Shown in pieces: positions 1 through 10,484 of a stretch of 32,000 nucleotides of DNA. The first letter of the stretch is position 1; every line of letters starts with the position of its first letter. Location: positions 1,320,001 to 1,352,000 of the forward strand of contig NZ_CP026606.1 in assembly GCF_002945325.1 (NCBI RefSeq). Reading direction: 5' to 3'. Source of the DNA: Methanococcus maripaludis. GTDB lineage: Archaea; AGJL01; Methanococci; Methanococcales; Methanococcaceae. The position numbers were made by a program, and so were the translations under genes. Under the pieces are notes generated by a model. That model was not told where the DNA came from, searched no databases, and saw only the letters and a program-made list of their open reading frames with translations.

Positions 1-96
1 GCAGTTGCATTTGATGAAGACATTATATTTGAAGGAACTGCTCCTTCAGTAAATGATTTAAAAAAAGAACTTAAAGATTATTTAAACTCGAACTAA
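1..96 (+). CDS. C-terminal fragment of a CDS truncated by the window edge (possibly thioredoxin-like)
   Basis: Frame 1 reads AVAFDEDIIFEGTAPSVNDLKKELKDYLNSN then TAA. The tail loosely resembles the C-terminus of small archaeal thioredoxin-like proteins; family assignment is weak. Confidence 0.45.
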   Translation, partial: AVAFDEDIIFEGTAPSVNDLKKELKDYLNSN

Positions 97-137
97 TTTT
101 AGAAACTATTAATTTATTATTTTAGCTTATTTTAAAC

Positions 138-992
138 CTATTTTATTAGCAGTGAAGCATATCCAACGACTTCTGAATAATCTTTTGTAACATCACCAGA
201 AGTTGAATAATAAAGTAAATATGAGGTCCTAGCACCCAAATCTTTCATTGCTTTGACCATTGCAATAACTGGCCCGTATCCGCACATGCTTATATTGTGT
301 GTTACAACATCAGTGAATATTTCTTCATCATTTAATTTTAAAATGTCTTTTATAACAACTGCATCTTTTTTTGAAGCCTGTTCTTGGGGTTCGTAGTGTG
401 AAAAGTCTGTAGAAGCAATTATTACAATTTTTCTGTTTAATTCCCTTGCAACTTTTGCAATAACATACCCTACATCAATACAAGAGTCATAATCCTGCAT
501 CATCATAGATATTGGGACAAATTTGAATTTTGCGATATTTAGGTCTTCAAGATGCTTTAAAAATGGTAGCTGTACTTCTATTGAGTGTTCTCTCAAATGT
601 GAATTTTCATCCATATCTAAAATATCGCATTCTTTCCATAATCTGTCAGCAAATTCGTTATCGATTTCCATATCTCCAAAAGGCGTTTTCCATGTCCCTT
701 TCATGGTGGCAATTCCAGAACCAAGTCCCGTATGGTTTGGACCAAGAATTATCGCGGTGATTTCTCCGCTGATGTTTTCAGATATTTTTTTGTACCCGTG
801 TGCGGCAACAGGTCCAGAGTAGATATATCCTGCATGTGGCGATACGATTCCAAGCGGTTTTGTGTATTTTCCCCGTTTTGAAGGCAGTTCTTTAGGGCCC
901 CTTGGGTTCAAATAGCAGTATTCGATCATTTCAAGTAATTCATGGTATTCAGCAGGATAAAACATCCCTGCAACAACAGGATTTCTGGTCAT
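138..992 (-). CDS. MEMO1 family protein (AmmeMemoRadiSam system protein B-like)
   Basis: 284 aa [18 protein letters not shown]...[22 protein letters not shown]...[10 protein letters not shown], characteristic of MEMO/LigB-like proteins. Confidence 0.9.
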   Translation of the reverse strand: MTRNPVVAGMFYPAEYHELLEMIEYCYLNPRGPKELPSKRGKYTKPLGIVSPHAGYIYSGPVAAHGYKKISENISGEITAIILGPNHTGLGSGIATMKGTWKTPFGDMEIDNEFADRLWKECDILDMDENSHLREHSIEVQLPFLKHLEDLNIAKFKFVPISMMMQDYDSCIDVGYVIAKVARELNRKIVIIASTDFSHYEPQEQASKKDAVVIKDILKLNDEEIFTDVVTHNISMCGYGPVIAMVKAMKDLGARTSYLLYYSTSGDVTKDYSEVVGYASLLIK

Positions 993-1038
993 AATCTCAT
1001 CCCCAAAGTTATCTACTCTAATTTATTTTTTTAAGGAT

Positions 1039-2046
1039 TTATATTATTTTCAAATTTCCATTTCCAAATAGCATGATAATACCCGCAAGAATTAAGAGAT
1101 TTGAGAACCAGAATATTATGGTAAATATTGATAATTTTCTTGCTTTTTCAATTTCCCACCATTTGTAAGGGGTTATGCCGTAAATATAAAACAATGATGC
1201 AGATGCAAAGTTAACTGAGATTATATTTACAATAAATAGTATCAGAATCGGGACTGATTCTAAGTAATATCCTGAACCAAGCATTAAACCAAATGCAACT
1301 AATGGTGGCATCAGGGCAACTGCAATCATAACTCCAACAACTGTTGACGAAATTTCAGGGATTAACATTGAAAGTGTACCAACAAACCCTGCTGAAAGTG
1401 CAATTACAATATTTTGCAAGCCTAAATTCATTCTGGATGCAACTTGGGGGCTTTCAGGACTTACGTGTATGAATGTTCCAATAAAGAATGAAAATACGAG
1501 TACTGTTAAAATTCCCAATATTAAATTTTTCAAAGATTTTTTTGCAAGGGATGTATCCATTACTGCAATTGAGAACGTGAATGAAATCATGGGACTTAAA
1601 AAAGGTGCAATTATCATGGAACCAATTATCAATGCAACATCATCTAACCATATTCCAATAGATGCAACAACCGCAGCTAAAAATAATAATGAGTAATATT
1701 CTTTTGAAAGGTTTGATATATCCCCTATTTTTCCAATTATTTCATGTCTTGAAACTCTTTTTGGGGTTTTATCTTCAACTTCTACTTTTTCTTCTTTTTT
1801 GATTTCCGGAATCGTTGCGGTGGGTTCAGTTACAAGTATTCTGAAATTCGATCCGCCGTATTTTGAGGAGAGTACATCGATTACTTTTTCAACGTGTTCT
1901 GTTTCGGTAAGTAACCTGATTACAGTATAATTTGATTCTTCGCAAATGCTGTGCCAGATAATGTTTTCAAGGTTATCTCCAAGCGATTCTTCGTATCCTG
2001 CAAATATCTTTTTTGGAACATAGCATTCGATAAGTCTCACGTTCAC
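1039..2046 (-). CDS. DUF389 / TIGR00341-like integral membrane protein
   Basis: 335 aa ORF with a soluble N-terminal domain followed by about 6 hydrophobic segments; motif IIGSMIIAPFLSPM...SFTFSIA...GFVGTLSMLIPEISSTVVGVMIAVALMPPL typical of the family. Confidence 0.8.
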   Translation of the reverse strand: MNVRLIECYVPKKIFAGYEESLGDNLENIIWHSICEESNYTVIRLLTETEHVEKVIDVLSSKYGGSNFRILVTEPTATIPEIKKEEKVEVEDKTPKRVSRHEIIGKIGDISNLSKEYYSLLFLAAVVASIGIWLDDVALIIGSMIIAPFLSPMISFTFSIAVMDTSLAKKSLKNLILGILTVLVFSFFIGTFIHVSPESPQVASRMNLGLQNIVIALSAGFVGTLSMLIPEISSTVVGVMIAVALMPPLVAFGLMLGSGYYLESVPILILFIVNIISVNFASASLFYIYGITPYKWWEIEKARKLSIFTIIFWFSNLLILAGIIMLFGNGNLKII

Positions 2047-2152
2047 ATAAATCCCTCAAAACCAGATTACACAATAAAAATAACTTATGAAAAAACTATA
2101 TAATATAATTGTCGAAAATTTATTTAAAAATAGTAAAAAAGTTTAAAAGAAG

Positions 2153-3001
2153 TTAGTATGGAACAGGTAAGCCGATTTCTTTCCTGTGTTCCACTTCTTT
2201 TCCATTTTTCTCTTTTTTCGTGAGAGCGAGTTTTTCTACTAATCCTAAACCTGGTTTTACAGCGTCAATTTCTTTTGTTTCAAGAGCGCCTGCTTCAACC
2301 ATTTTGTTTAAGTACTCTTCCCCTTTTGCAGTTCTAACAAAGATTGTACTCCATCCATCTGGGCTTCCAACGGAACCTGTTGAGATATCTGCAAGTTCTG
2401 CTGTATAGTCCATACATACGTGGCATGATCCTTGTTCGTATGGGTGGGTGTCTTTTAATGGGATTGTTTTTACGTCGCCCCATTTTGAGTATACCCAGAA
2501 TTTACCTTTTCCGATGTCGGTTTTTACAACATCATCCATTTTGATACCGCAGTGTTCTTCAACAATTGCTTTCATACCATTATATGGGAAGTTTTCCATA
2601 CAGAATATACCCATAATTAATGCAATTTTGTCTGGAACGTGTCTGTATCCAACAGGGTATTTTATAGCTTTTCTGATTGATCTAACCTGACAAGGAGTTC
2701 CAACAAATCCTAATTTGTCGCATCCGTATTCTCTTACAGCGCTTTTTACTACTGAAAGGTTAGGACATACTGTATATTTAGTTCCTGCAGCGTTTAAGAT
2801 TTCTTCTCTTGTTGTAGCAACTTTTGGAGCTGCTGCAAATCCATCTTCTTTGTCTGCAATAATTACACCATCGAGGAGTCCGTTTTCTAAACCGTAAATG
2901 TATGCGGCAGAAACGATACCTCCATCTTGTGCTTTCTTAAGGATTTCTTTGTCTGCAGCCCTTGCGGAAACTGCTTTTATATATTTTCCAAAGGGATCCA
3001 T
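2153..3001 (-). CDS. fruB: Coenzyme F420-reducing hydrogenase, beta subunit
   Basis: 282 aa ORF; FrhB-type sequence ([47 protein letters not shown]) in operon context. Confidence 0.93.
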   Translation of the reverse strand: MDPFGKYIKAVSARAADKEILKKAQDGGIVSAAYIYGLENGLLDGVIIADKEDGFAAAPKVATTREEILNAAGTKYTVCPNLSVVKSAVREYGCDKLGFVGTPCQVRSIRKAIKYPVGYRHVPDKIALIMGIFCMENFPYNGMKAIVEEHCGIKMDDVVKTDIGKGKFWVYSKWGDVKTIPLKDTHPYEQGSCHVCMDYTAELADISTGSVGSPDGWSTIFVRTAKGEEYLNKMVEAGALETKEIDAVKPGLGLVEKLALTKKEKNGKEVEHRKEIGLPVPY

Positions 3002-3034
3002 CTAATCACCTTTTTTTATTTTCCATAATTGCAA

Positions 3035-3721
3035 TTATTCTATTTTTTCAATTAATTCTGGGAATCTAATTCTTGGGCACTGAACTGAACATGCACCACA
3101 TTTTATACAGATTTCCTTGTCAACTAATGGTCTTCCTGCATCCATAGATACTGCTCTTGTAGGGCATGCTGCAGCACATGAACCGCAACCCATACAGAGT
3201 GATTTGTTGATTACTTTTACAATCAAATCGCATCCACAAGCTTCTGATCCATATTTTGCAAGTTCTGCGTATGGTTCTAAGTATTCCATATCTCCGTTTA
3301 ATGCCGCTAAAACAACTGCAACTATAGATTCTGGTGATGGCGGACATCCTGGGATTGCCAAGTCACATTTCACAACTTCAGTTAACGGTGCAAATGAATC
3401 GTGAACTGGTTTTGACATCTGATTTCCTTTTGAAAATCTTGTAATATTTCCGCTAGCAGCACAAGCTCCTAACGCAACTAATATTTTTCCTTTTTTTCTG
3501 GATTCAAGTGCAACTTCCATTGCGTGGTGGTCGCTTAAACAAACACTACCTTCGAGCAAGACTATGTCTACATCGTCAGGAATTTCTCTCACGTCAGCGA
3601 GAGTCTGGGAGTAAACTAAATCTATAGCTCCTAAAACATCTAAAAGCTGTTCATAGGTGTCTGCAAGGGAAACTAGACACCCACAGCAGCTACTTAATTG
3701 CACGTGGGCAACTTTTACCAT
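3035..3721 (-). CDS. fruG: Coenzyme F420-reducing hydrogenase, gamma (small) subunit
   Basis: 228 aa ORF; [20 protein letters not shown]-terminal Cys motif and ferredoxin motifs [15 protein letters not shown] / [13 protein letters not shown]; SD-like GAGGAG upstream. Confidence 0.93.
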   Translation of the reverse strand: MVKVAHVQLSSCCGCLVSLADTYEQLLDVLGAIDLVYSQTLADVREIPDDVDIVLLEGSVCLSDHHAMEVALESRKKGKILVALGACAASGNITRFSKGNQMSKPVHDSFAPLTEVVKCDLAIPGCPPSPESIVAVVLAALNGDMEYLEPYAELAKYGSEACGCDLIVKVINKSLCMGCGSCAAACPTRAVSMDAGRPLVDKEICIKCGACSVQCPRIRFPELIEKIE

Positions 3722-3735
3722 GGTATTCTCCTCCC

Positions 3736-4260
3736 TTAGTTGATTGGTTTTCCCCTTAATTCGGAAAGTACAATGTCTACGGCTACGTCTACTGCATTTT
3801 GGACTTCTTCTGACAGTTCAAGTACTACATCAGGTTCTGAAACGTACTTCTTCTGACAACCGACAACTTTAAAGTCTATTTCACGAGGGGAGTCCCTAAC
3901 TACTCTGTACATGGTAGTTGAGAGCGGCCAGTCATGACTGTCAACTTTTGTGTGGTCTGGTTTTGGAAGATCCTCCATAGTAAGTATCTTAATTTCTCCA
4001 GGTTCTAGTCCGTAATCGATGATATCCACGACTATTATTTTCTTAGTCTTGGATTCACTGTCGATTAAAGTGAGCACTTGTTGCGGAGCTCCTGCTCCTG
4101 CATCTACAAGTGCAATGTTTTCCTTTTCTTCTTCAGTTAGTATTTCCTGTAATTTTTCGATTACATGGACACTAAATCCATCGTCTGCAAATAGGATATT
4201 TCCGCATGCAAGAACCATATTTTCCTTTAAAAGGTATGAAGGGGTTAAACTGTATTCCAT
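3736..4260 (-). CDS. fruD: Hydrogenase maturation protease / delta protein of the F420-reducing hydrogenase
   Basis: 174 aa ORF; [23 protein letters not shown] and VDAGAG motifs of the HycI/HoxM peptidase family, between fruG and fruA. Confidence 0.9.
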   Translation of the reverse strand: MEYSLTPSYLLKENMVLACGNILFADDGFSVHVIEKLQEILTEEEKENIALVDAGAGAPQQVLTLIDSESKTKKIIVVDIIDYGLEPGEIKILTMEDLPKPDHTKVDSHDWPLSTTMYRVVRDSPREIDFKVVGCQKKYVSEPDVVLELSEEVQNAVDVAVDIVLSELRGKPIN

Positions 4261-4309
4261 ATCAATACCGTTGAAATGATTTTTTTATGATTACCGTAAG
4301 TTAATTTGT

Positions 4310-4345
4310 GTCTTTCAAGGTCCATTAAGGTTCCCTTTCCAAGAC
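4310..4345 (-). promoter_or_regulatory. Putative archaeal SECIS element in the 3' UTR of fruA
   Basis: Minus-strand RNA GUCUU-GGA-AAGG-GAA-CC-UUAAU-GG-A-CCUU-GA-AAGAC folds into a stem with the asymmetric GAA/A internal loop and short C-G stem typical of archaeal SECIS. It lies about 16 nt after the fruA TAA. Confidence 0.8.
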
Positions 4346-4361
4346 TTTCCTTTTCAGGAAT

Positions 4362-5606
4362 TTAGAATTCTCTTATTTCAACAACTTTTTTAGTCTGTTC
4401 ATCTTTTACGATGACGTGCGTAGCACATGAAGCTCATATGTCGTAAGCTCTCATAATTACTTCCGCATATTTATGGTGGTAACCTTCAATAGCTTTTTCA
4501 ACAGCTGGGAAGTTCCATGTTGAAGCAGCAATGATGTTGTATTTTTCGATTCTACCGTCTTTGCCCATTTTAGCCATGTGGGTGTTGGTAGCTCTTGGTG
4601 CTTCGTGAACACCTATTCCGAATTCTTCTTTTGCATTATAGAAGTTAGGTACTTCTCTTACAGTTCCGTTAATGTTTAATTCATCGATAAGTTCCAATGA
4701 TCGTTTAACAGCTTCGAAGTTTTCCATAGCTCTCGCAAGGTTAAGGTCCATTGCTCCGCCAGCAGGTTTGAAGTTTCCGTATTTAATCATTCTTGCTCTA
4801 GGTCCACCTTCTGCAGGGTTTCCTCTGTAGAATGGGATCTGGTTTGTTGCGGTTTGTGCAATATCTGGGAAGTCTGCATAGTATCTTTGTGCAGGTACTT
4901 CTGTTACATCTTTCCAGTTGATAGCATCTCTGTTACCAAATGTTGAGTCTGTAGCAATGTATGGGAGATTGTGTTTACCTAAATCTGGAATTCCGATTTC
5001 ATCTAGGTATCTTTCCATTAACATTTCCAATACTTCTAACATTGCATTACAATCTTTTTCGTATTCTCTACAAGCATAGTAGAGTTTGGATTTTGCTCTT
5101 TCGGTGATGTTGGTTCTCATTCCACCAACCATCAAATTTGGAGGGTGAATTCCTTCTCCACCAGTAATGTCTACAACCATTTGTCCAGCTTTTCTCATTC
5201 TCTGGATCAATTTGATTCCTTCAACTCTTAAGGTTCCTGCTTCTTCAGGTTTTAAGAAGTCATCTACAATTAACAAATGGTGTAATGGGTGCGAATGCAT
5301 CCTATTTCCTAAACCTAATAATTCTCTTAATATCATACCGTCTTTTGGTATTTCCATATCAATAGCATTTTCGATTGCCTCACATGAAGCAATACCGTGG
5401 GTTGCCTGACATATACCACAAATTCTCATAACTGCAATAGGTCCAAATGCTGCTGTTTTTCCTTGCAGCATGGTTTCGAAACCTCTTACAGGGGTTGTAT
5501 TTGGATAAAATGCCTTAGTTACAATCCCTTCATCATCTACATTCAAAACTAGCTTAGCATGCCCTTCATGTCTAGTTGTAGGGCTGATAGTTACAGGTTC
5601 TGCCAC
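4362..5606 (-). CDS. fruA: Coenzyme F420-reducing hydrogenase, alpha (large) subunit; selenoprotein with Sec encoded by in-frame TGA at 4434-4436
   Basis: The ORF track stops at TGA (4434-4436), but the frame continues as ...RAYDI-U-ASCATHVIVKDEQTKKVVEIREF-TAA (stop 4362-4364). N-terminal RICGICQATH and C-terminal UxxCxxH form the NiFe-site motifs. Likely start is GTG at 5606, 5 nt after a perfect GGAGGTGA SD; the track's TTG at 5621 overlaps the SD. Confidence 0.93.
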
Positions 5607-5656
5607 TTTATTCACCTCCAAGGGTAATATGCATACATTAAACTTTCTTTCTCGGG

Positions 5657-5709
5657 GATAATATAAAGGAATACCTCTTTAAAAATGCAGATAAGGGATT
5701 ATATATTAT
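5657..5709 (-). promoter_or_regulatory. Candidate fru operon promoter region (two alternative TATA-like boxes)
   Basis: Minus-strand TTTATATTATCC (about 5658-5670) and TAATATATAATCC (about 5697-5709) upstream of fruA; visual match to archaeal box A only. Confidence 0.4.
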
Positions 5710-5822
5710 TAAATACTTAAAAGCCCGTTTAAATTACTTATTTTTGTAACATACATTAGAAAAGTAAATATTATATCGGTTATCAAAATTTAAAATATTA
5801 AAAAAGAGAGTATGTGGGATAA

Positions 5823-7091
5823 TTAATCAAATAAAGGCAAAACACTGCCAATACTTGGAGCAAGTGCGGGAATTTTTAAGGTTTTCCAGATTGTCATTGC
5901 AAGGGATAGTGCCTGATATCTTTCCCCGTGCATTACAATTGCTTTATCTGGTTGCGGTATCTTTTTCATAAATCTAAGGAGTGAATTGTAATCAGCGTGG
6001 GCAGAAAACTCGATTTTCACTACTTTTCCATTTACCGGAATTGCTCTTTTAAAGGGTTTTACTTCTGTAGCTCCTTCTTCAAGGCTTCTTCCGATAGTTC
6101 CTTCAGCTTGGTATCCGGTTAATATAATTTTATTTCTTGGATTTTTCAATAATGAAAGGTATTGAAGTACTGGACCTCCCTGAACCATTCCAGATGTTGA
6201 AATAATGATACATGGTTCTCTACTGAAAACTTCATCCCCACCTTTTATTAGATTTCCAAATGGGTTGATCCTGTTTTCAATTGCATTTTTTATTTTTGGA
6301 TTTAACCAGTCAGAATATCCCATGTACATTCCGGTAGTGTGTGTCAATGATCCGTTAATGTAAATTGGAACTTCTTTTAAAGCACCGCTTTTCATGTAGT
6401 TATTGATTACGACAATGATTTCTTGGGATCTTCCAACTGCAAAAACTGGAATAATTACTTTTCCGCCGTTGTCGATAGTTTCAGAGATTTCATCAATAAG
6501 CTGTTTTTCTAAAACTTTTCTTGCAGGCTTTATATCTAATGGTGAACCGTAGGTAGATTCAATAATTATTGTATCGATTTCATCAAAGTCGGTGTCAGCT
6601 GCACGAAGAGTTCTTGTTTCAATTTCGTTGATATCTCCAGTATATAATAATTTTTTTCCATCGATATCTAAATAAAGAGAAGAACTTCCTAAAATATGTC
6701 CTGCATCGTACATTTTCATCTTAATGTCTGAAGTAACCTGTTTTTCTTCTCTATAGTTTACAGTTTTGATTACATCCATTGATTTTTTGATATCTTCTTC
6801 TTTGTATGTTTTTGAAAGGCTTACTGTATCTTTCCATACATTGTACATTAAATCAGCAGTTGGAGGATTACAGAATATTTTTTTGAAGTTAAAGTAAGGT
6901 ATTGCACCGCAGTGGTCCAAGTGTGCGTGTGAAACTACAACCGCATCAACGTCTGAGTCGTTAATATCTGGAAGACCGTTGTCTGAAGGATCCATTCCGC
7001 AGTCAATTAATATTTTTGATTTTTTAGTGTTTATCTCTACGCAAGATTTTCCGATTTGGTGGCATCCACCGTGAAACTTAGCAATTGTCAT
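5823..7091 (-). CDS. Beta-CASP metallo-beta-lactamase-fold ribonuclease, archaeal CPSF2-like (no KH domains)
   Basis: 422 aa ORF; DxH motif SHAHLDHCGAIP, beta-CASP features GHILGSSSL, ESTYGSP, SGMVQGGP, and FSAHADY near the C-terminus. It starts directly in the MBL domain, so it has no KH extension. Confidence 0.88.
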   Translation of the reverse strand: MTIAKFHGGCHQIGKSCVEINTKKSKILIDCGMDPSDNGLPDINDSDVDAVVVSHAHLDHCGAIPYFNFKKIFCNPPTADLMYNVWKDTVSLSKTYKEEDIKKSMDVIKTVNYREEKQVTSDIKMKMYDAGHILGSSSLYLDIDGKKLLYTGDINEIETRTLRAADTDFDEIDTIIIESTYGSPLDIKPARKVLEKQLIDEISETIDNGGKVIIPVFAVGRSQEIIVVINNYMKSGALKEVPIYINGSLTHTTGMYMGYSDWLNPKIKNAIENRINPFGNLIKGGDEVFSREPCIIISTSGMVQGGPVLQYLSLLKNPRNKIILTGYQAEGTIGRSLEEGATEVKPFKRAIPVNGKVVKIEFSAHADYNSLLRFMKKIPQPDKAIVMHGERYQALSLAMTIWKTLKIPALAPSIGSVLPLFD

Positions 7092-7151
7092 TATATCACA
7101 TAAATTTAATATATTGCAGTTTTTTAAATTAAATAATAATTAAACATTAAA

Positions 7152-8279
7152 TTAGCAAACTAAAAACTTTGAATCAACGTCTCCATTTTCCAATCTGGTT
7201 ACAACTGATGCAGCAATGTTTTTAGAAGTTTTTAAAATATTTCCATTTTTTATAAATGTAAATGTCGGAATATATCCTTCTTTTATTAATCCAGTATTTT
7301 GAAGTCCAAGTATTTCAGCACCGTTTACTGTCGCCATTTTAAGAATTTCTTTTGGATCCACGTGGTAAATTTTGTAGATAAAGTCCATTTCTTTAAATAT
7401 TGACGGAGAATTTGCCATAAAGTTATCTGTTCCAATTCCAAGTTTTAAATTATATTCTAACATTTTGGGAATATCCGGAAGTCCAACGTTAAACGAGGCA
7501 TTTGCTCTTGGGCATACTACAACTGGTATTTTATTTTCATTTAACAGGGATAGATCGTCAGAACTTGAATGTGTCGCATGGATAAGAAAATCTGGTTTTA
7601 TGTTTAGATTTATCAATCTTTCAATTTCAGAAATTCCATATTTTTCTTTTGAATACTGGACTGAGCCCTTATGTTCATTTGCATGAATTGAAAGTATTTT
7701 TTTGTTTACTAATTTACAAATAAACTTAAGTTCTTGGTCCGAATACTCATTTGAACCGCTTAATCCTAAACCATCACAATTATCCAAGATAATGGATATT
7801 TCATCTTTTAATAGGTTTTCTTCTCTTTGAGTGGGTCTTCCAAGAATTATGGGTTTAATAGATACATTTGAATCTTCAAATGCTGATTTAAGTGAATTTA
7901 TTCCATTAAGTCCATTTTCACGGAAGTCACAAAAAGCTTTAATGCCATTATTTTCGAGATCATAAAGCCCTTCTGACATCCCCTGCACCAATTCTTTCTC
8001 GCTACAAGTATTTAAGAACTTGTGTTTAAGGCCGTTTGGTGGTTTGACAAGTTCGTCAAGTGACTTGCCAATACCAATATCTTTAATACTATTGTCTCCA
8101 ATATGAGTATGGGAATTAATAAGGGGAGGAATGACCAACCCCTTGTAATTTAAAACATTTGAATGGTGTTCACTCGTAAATCCTTTTATGATTTCATCTT
8201 CAATAACCAAAGTTCCTTTTTTTGGTTCGAAGTCGTCGCCATATAAAAAATTAGAATTTAAATAAACCATAATTCGCAC
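7152..8279 (-). CDS. Amidohydrolase family protein (chlorohydrolase/deaminase-like)
   Basis: 375 aa ORF; metal-binding VIPPLINSHTHIGD, LSIHANEHKG, DFLIHATHSS, LGIGTDNFMANSP. Confidence 0.8.
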   Translation of the reverse strand: MRIMVYLNSNFLYGDDFEPKKGTLVIEDEIIKGFTSEHHSNVLNYKGLVIPPLINSHTHIGDNSIKDIGIGKSLDELVKPPNGLKHKFLNTCSEKELVQGMSEGLYDLENNGIKAFCDFRENGLNGINSLKSAFEDSNVSIKPIILGRPTQREENLLKDEISIILDNCDGLGLSGSNEYSDQELKFICKLVNKKILSIHANEHKGSVQYSKEKYGISEIERLINLNIKPDFLIHATHSSSDDLSLLNENKIPVVVCPRANASFNVGLPDIPKMLEYNLKLGIGTDNFMANSPSIFKEMDFIYKIYHVDPKEILKMATVNGAEILGLQNTGLIKEGYIPTFTFIKNGNILKTSKNIAASVVTRLENGDVDSKFLVC

Positions 8280-8343
8280 CTTTATTCTAACTACCTTAAT
8301 TTATTGAAGTTTAAACATTAAATATTATCTGTTGGTGAAAATC

Positions 8344-8976
8344 ATGCTCGCGCTGAAGAAAAAATCCGTTAAATCTGCATTCGAAGCACTTATACCAAAA
8401 ATCATGGAAGAAGGAACTGAAATGATTACCGAAGATGGGCAGAAATGCAAAGAGATAATGAATACAATTATTGAAATTAACGATCCATCTGACAAATCAA
8501 TCTCTGAAAAATATCCCCTTGGTGAAAGGGCTGTTAAATCTTACACAGAACAGTTATTACACGGATCAGGAGCAACGTTTGTCTACGACTATCACGAGAG
8601 AATTTTTGAATATCCTAATGAGAAAAAAGAATTAAAAAACGATCAAATTGAATATATCGTAAATAAATTAAAAGAACAGATTAATTCAAGACGGGCTGTT
8701 GCAATTACCTGGAATCCATATATTGACCAGACTGTAAAAGATGTTCCGTGTTTGCAGATTGTACAGTTTTTAGTAAGGGATAATAAATTATACCAAACAG
8801 TACTTTTCAGATCAAACGATGCATTTTTGGCATTTCACGCAAATGCAATAGGATTGATTGCTCTTGGTGAAATGGTTGCCGAAAAATTAGGAATTGAACT
8901 TGTAAAATACACGCATCACTCAGTATCCATGCACGTTTATTTTGAACGGGATAGTGATGCTTTAAAAAAGTTTTAA
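8344..8976 (+). CDS. Archaeal thymidylate synthase-like protein
   Basis: ORF 8332..8976; core PCLQIVQFLVRDNKLYQTVLFRSNDAFLAFHANAIGLIALGEMVAEKLG resembles the thymidylate synthase fold. ATG at 8344 is preceded by GGTGA, so it is the likelier start. Confidence 0.78.
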   Translation: MLALKKKSVKSAFEALIPKIMEEGTEMITEDGQKCKEIMNTIIEINDPSDKSISEKYPLGERAVKSYTEQLLHGSGATFVYDYHERIFEYPNEKKELKNDQIEYIVNKLKEQINSRRAVAITWNPYIDQTVKDVPCLQIVQFLVRDNKLYQTVLFRSNDAFLAFHANAIGLIALGEMVAEKLGIELVKYTHHSVSMHVYFERDSDALKKF

Positions 8977-8996
8977 AATGAATTAAAAAAATATTT

Positions 8997-9188
8997 TTAT
9001 TTATTTCCGCTTAACTGTTTTAACTTTTTACTGAGTTCTAAAAAGTCCATGCAGTCTTCAATGCATCTGTAGGACCCTCTGGATTTAAAACAATCAATTA
9101 TTTCTTGAAGTTCCGTGCTTGGTTTTCCTCGTATCCCGCGCCATACATTTTTTATTGAATTTCCAACGCCCATAGTATCTACCTTCAA
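8997..9188 (-). CDS. Small hypothetical protein (63 aa)
   Basis: Fits cleanly in the gap and has plausible composition with C-containing IIDCFKSRGSYRCIEDCMDFLE; convergent with the thymidylate synthase-like gene. Confidence 0.6.
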   Translation of the reverse strand: MKVDTMGVGNSIKNVWRGIRGKPSTELQEIIDCFKSRGSYRCIEDCMDFLELSKKLKQLSGNK

Positions 9189-9392
9189 TAAACTTTGTTA
9201 TTTGTGCCTACAAAGCCTCTTTTTAAAATTAAAAACATTGTAATACAACAAAAATAAGTATTTTTTAATTATTATATTATTGTTACTATTCTAGAAAAAT
9301 CGAAATACTTTTATTGTACAATATATGGAAATGCCCTAAACTAAAAGATATTATTATATAACGCCGAAAAAAAGTATTAAAGTTTTAAATAA

Positions 9393-10451
9393 TTATTTTT
9401 TAGCCAGATTTATTATTAATTTAAGTTTTTCTCCATCGTATGAACTTCTAATCCAGATGGAACTGTATTCTGAAATATTATATTTACTTTCATTCGCATC
9501 GTTTTTAATGTAATCAAATGCCCATTTTGCATACTGTTTTTCAAAAATTGGTGTGTACCCTCCAAATTCAAAGAAATACTGAATTGTAATTCCTTTTTCA
9601 TACGCTCTTGGAAGATATTCCATTGAATCTAAGTATTGTATATTGTAGTCACTTTTTATTTCGTAATTCTGTTCAAAATCTGTCATCAAATACCTTGAAA
9701 AACCTGCAATATCGCTGTATTTATTTGAAACTGCACTGTAACTTTCAACAGATTTAAAATCTTTATCATAAGAAACTGAATCATTTACAAGTTTAATTTT
9801 GTAAAATGTAATGTTATCGATATTATAATTTTCAACATCTTTTTTATAATCTAAATAGTTGTATAAATCCATAATTGGGGGCTGCTGGTCGATAATGTAG
9901 TAATCACCATTTATATCAACTGCCGCGGCTGCATGACCTGGATTTCCTGTTGATTCAAATGTTAAGATATATATCGAGGAATAATCCATTTCTAAAAGCA
10001 ATGCAGAAGTTAATAGGGCATAATCTCCACAGATTCCAGATTTTAATTTAAGTGTTTCTGCAGGACTTTGTATTGTATTATTATATGAATCAGAAACTTC
10101 TGTTCTTCCGCCAACCCAGTATGTAACCTCAGGACTTGGGAGTTCTGCTTTTTCATGATTATATTCAATATTATCTTCTTCCCAAAGTACAATATTCCAG
10201 ATGGAGTCTTCAATAGTATTACCACTTAATGATTTAGAAACGTTGGATACCTTTTCAAGTTCATTTGGGGATAAATATATTTCAATTGAATCTTCAAAGA
10301 TATATTTTGGAATCTTTTCGTCAAATTCACCATTTTCAAGTATTTTTGATAAATTTAAACTTTCAAAATTATTTTGAACGATAAATAGTGTAGAAAATAC
10401 TAAAATTCCAATGATTGTAATATAAATTATGTTTTTCAGTTTTAAATTCAT
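9393..10451 (-). CDS. Membrane-anchored transglutaminase-like domain protein
   Basis: 352 aa ORF; N-terminal hydrophobic anchor, then GICGDYALLTSALLLEM...PGHAAAAVDINGDYYIIDQ (Cys/His/Asp triad). Confidence 0.75.
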   Translation of the reverse strand: MNLKLKNIIYITIIGILVFSTLFIVQNNFESLNLSKILENGEFDEKIPKYIFEDSIEIYLSPNELEKVSNVSKSLSGNTIEDSIWNIVLWEEDNIEYNHEKAELPSPEVTYWVGGRTEVSDSYNNTIQSPAETLKLKSGICGDYALLTSALLLEMDYSSIYILTFESTGNPGHAAAAVDINGDYYIIDQQPPIMDLYNYLDYKKDVENYNIDNITFYKIKLVNDSVSYDKDFKSVESYSAVSNKYSDIAGFSRYLMTDFEQNYEIKSDYNIQYLDSMEYLPRAYEKGITIQYFFEFGGYTPIFEKQYAKWAFDYIKNDANESKYNISEYSSIWIRSSYDGEKLKLIINLAKK

Positions 10452-10484
10452 AAAAACACCAAAAATAAAAAAATTTAAATTAGT

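Noticed and set aside
4434-5621. fruA as a truncated gene or pseudogene
   Set aside because: The frame after TGA encodes the conserved C-terminal hydrogenase motif and ends at TAA, and a SECIS-like element follows.
9189-9392. Possible RNA gene in the AT-rich intergenic region
   Set aside because: No GC-rich stem, tRNA-like fold or C/D box pattern recognised; probably just promoter and terminator sequence.
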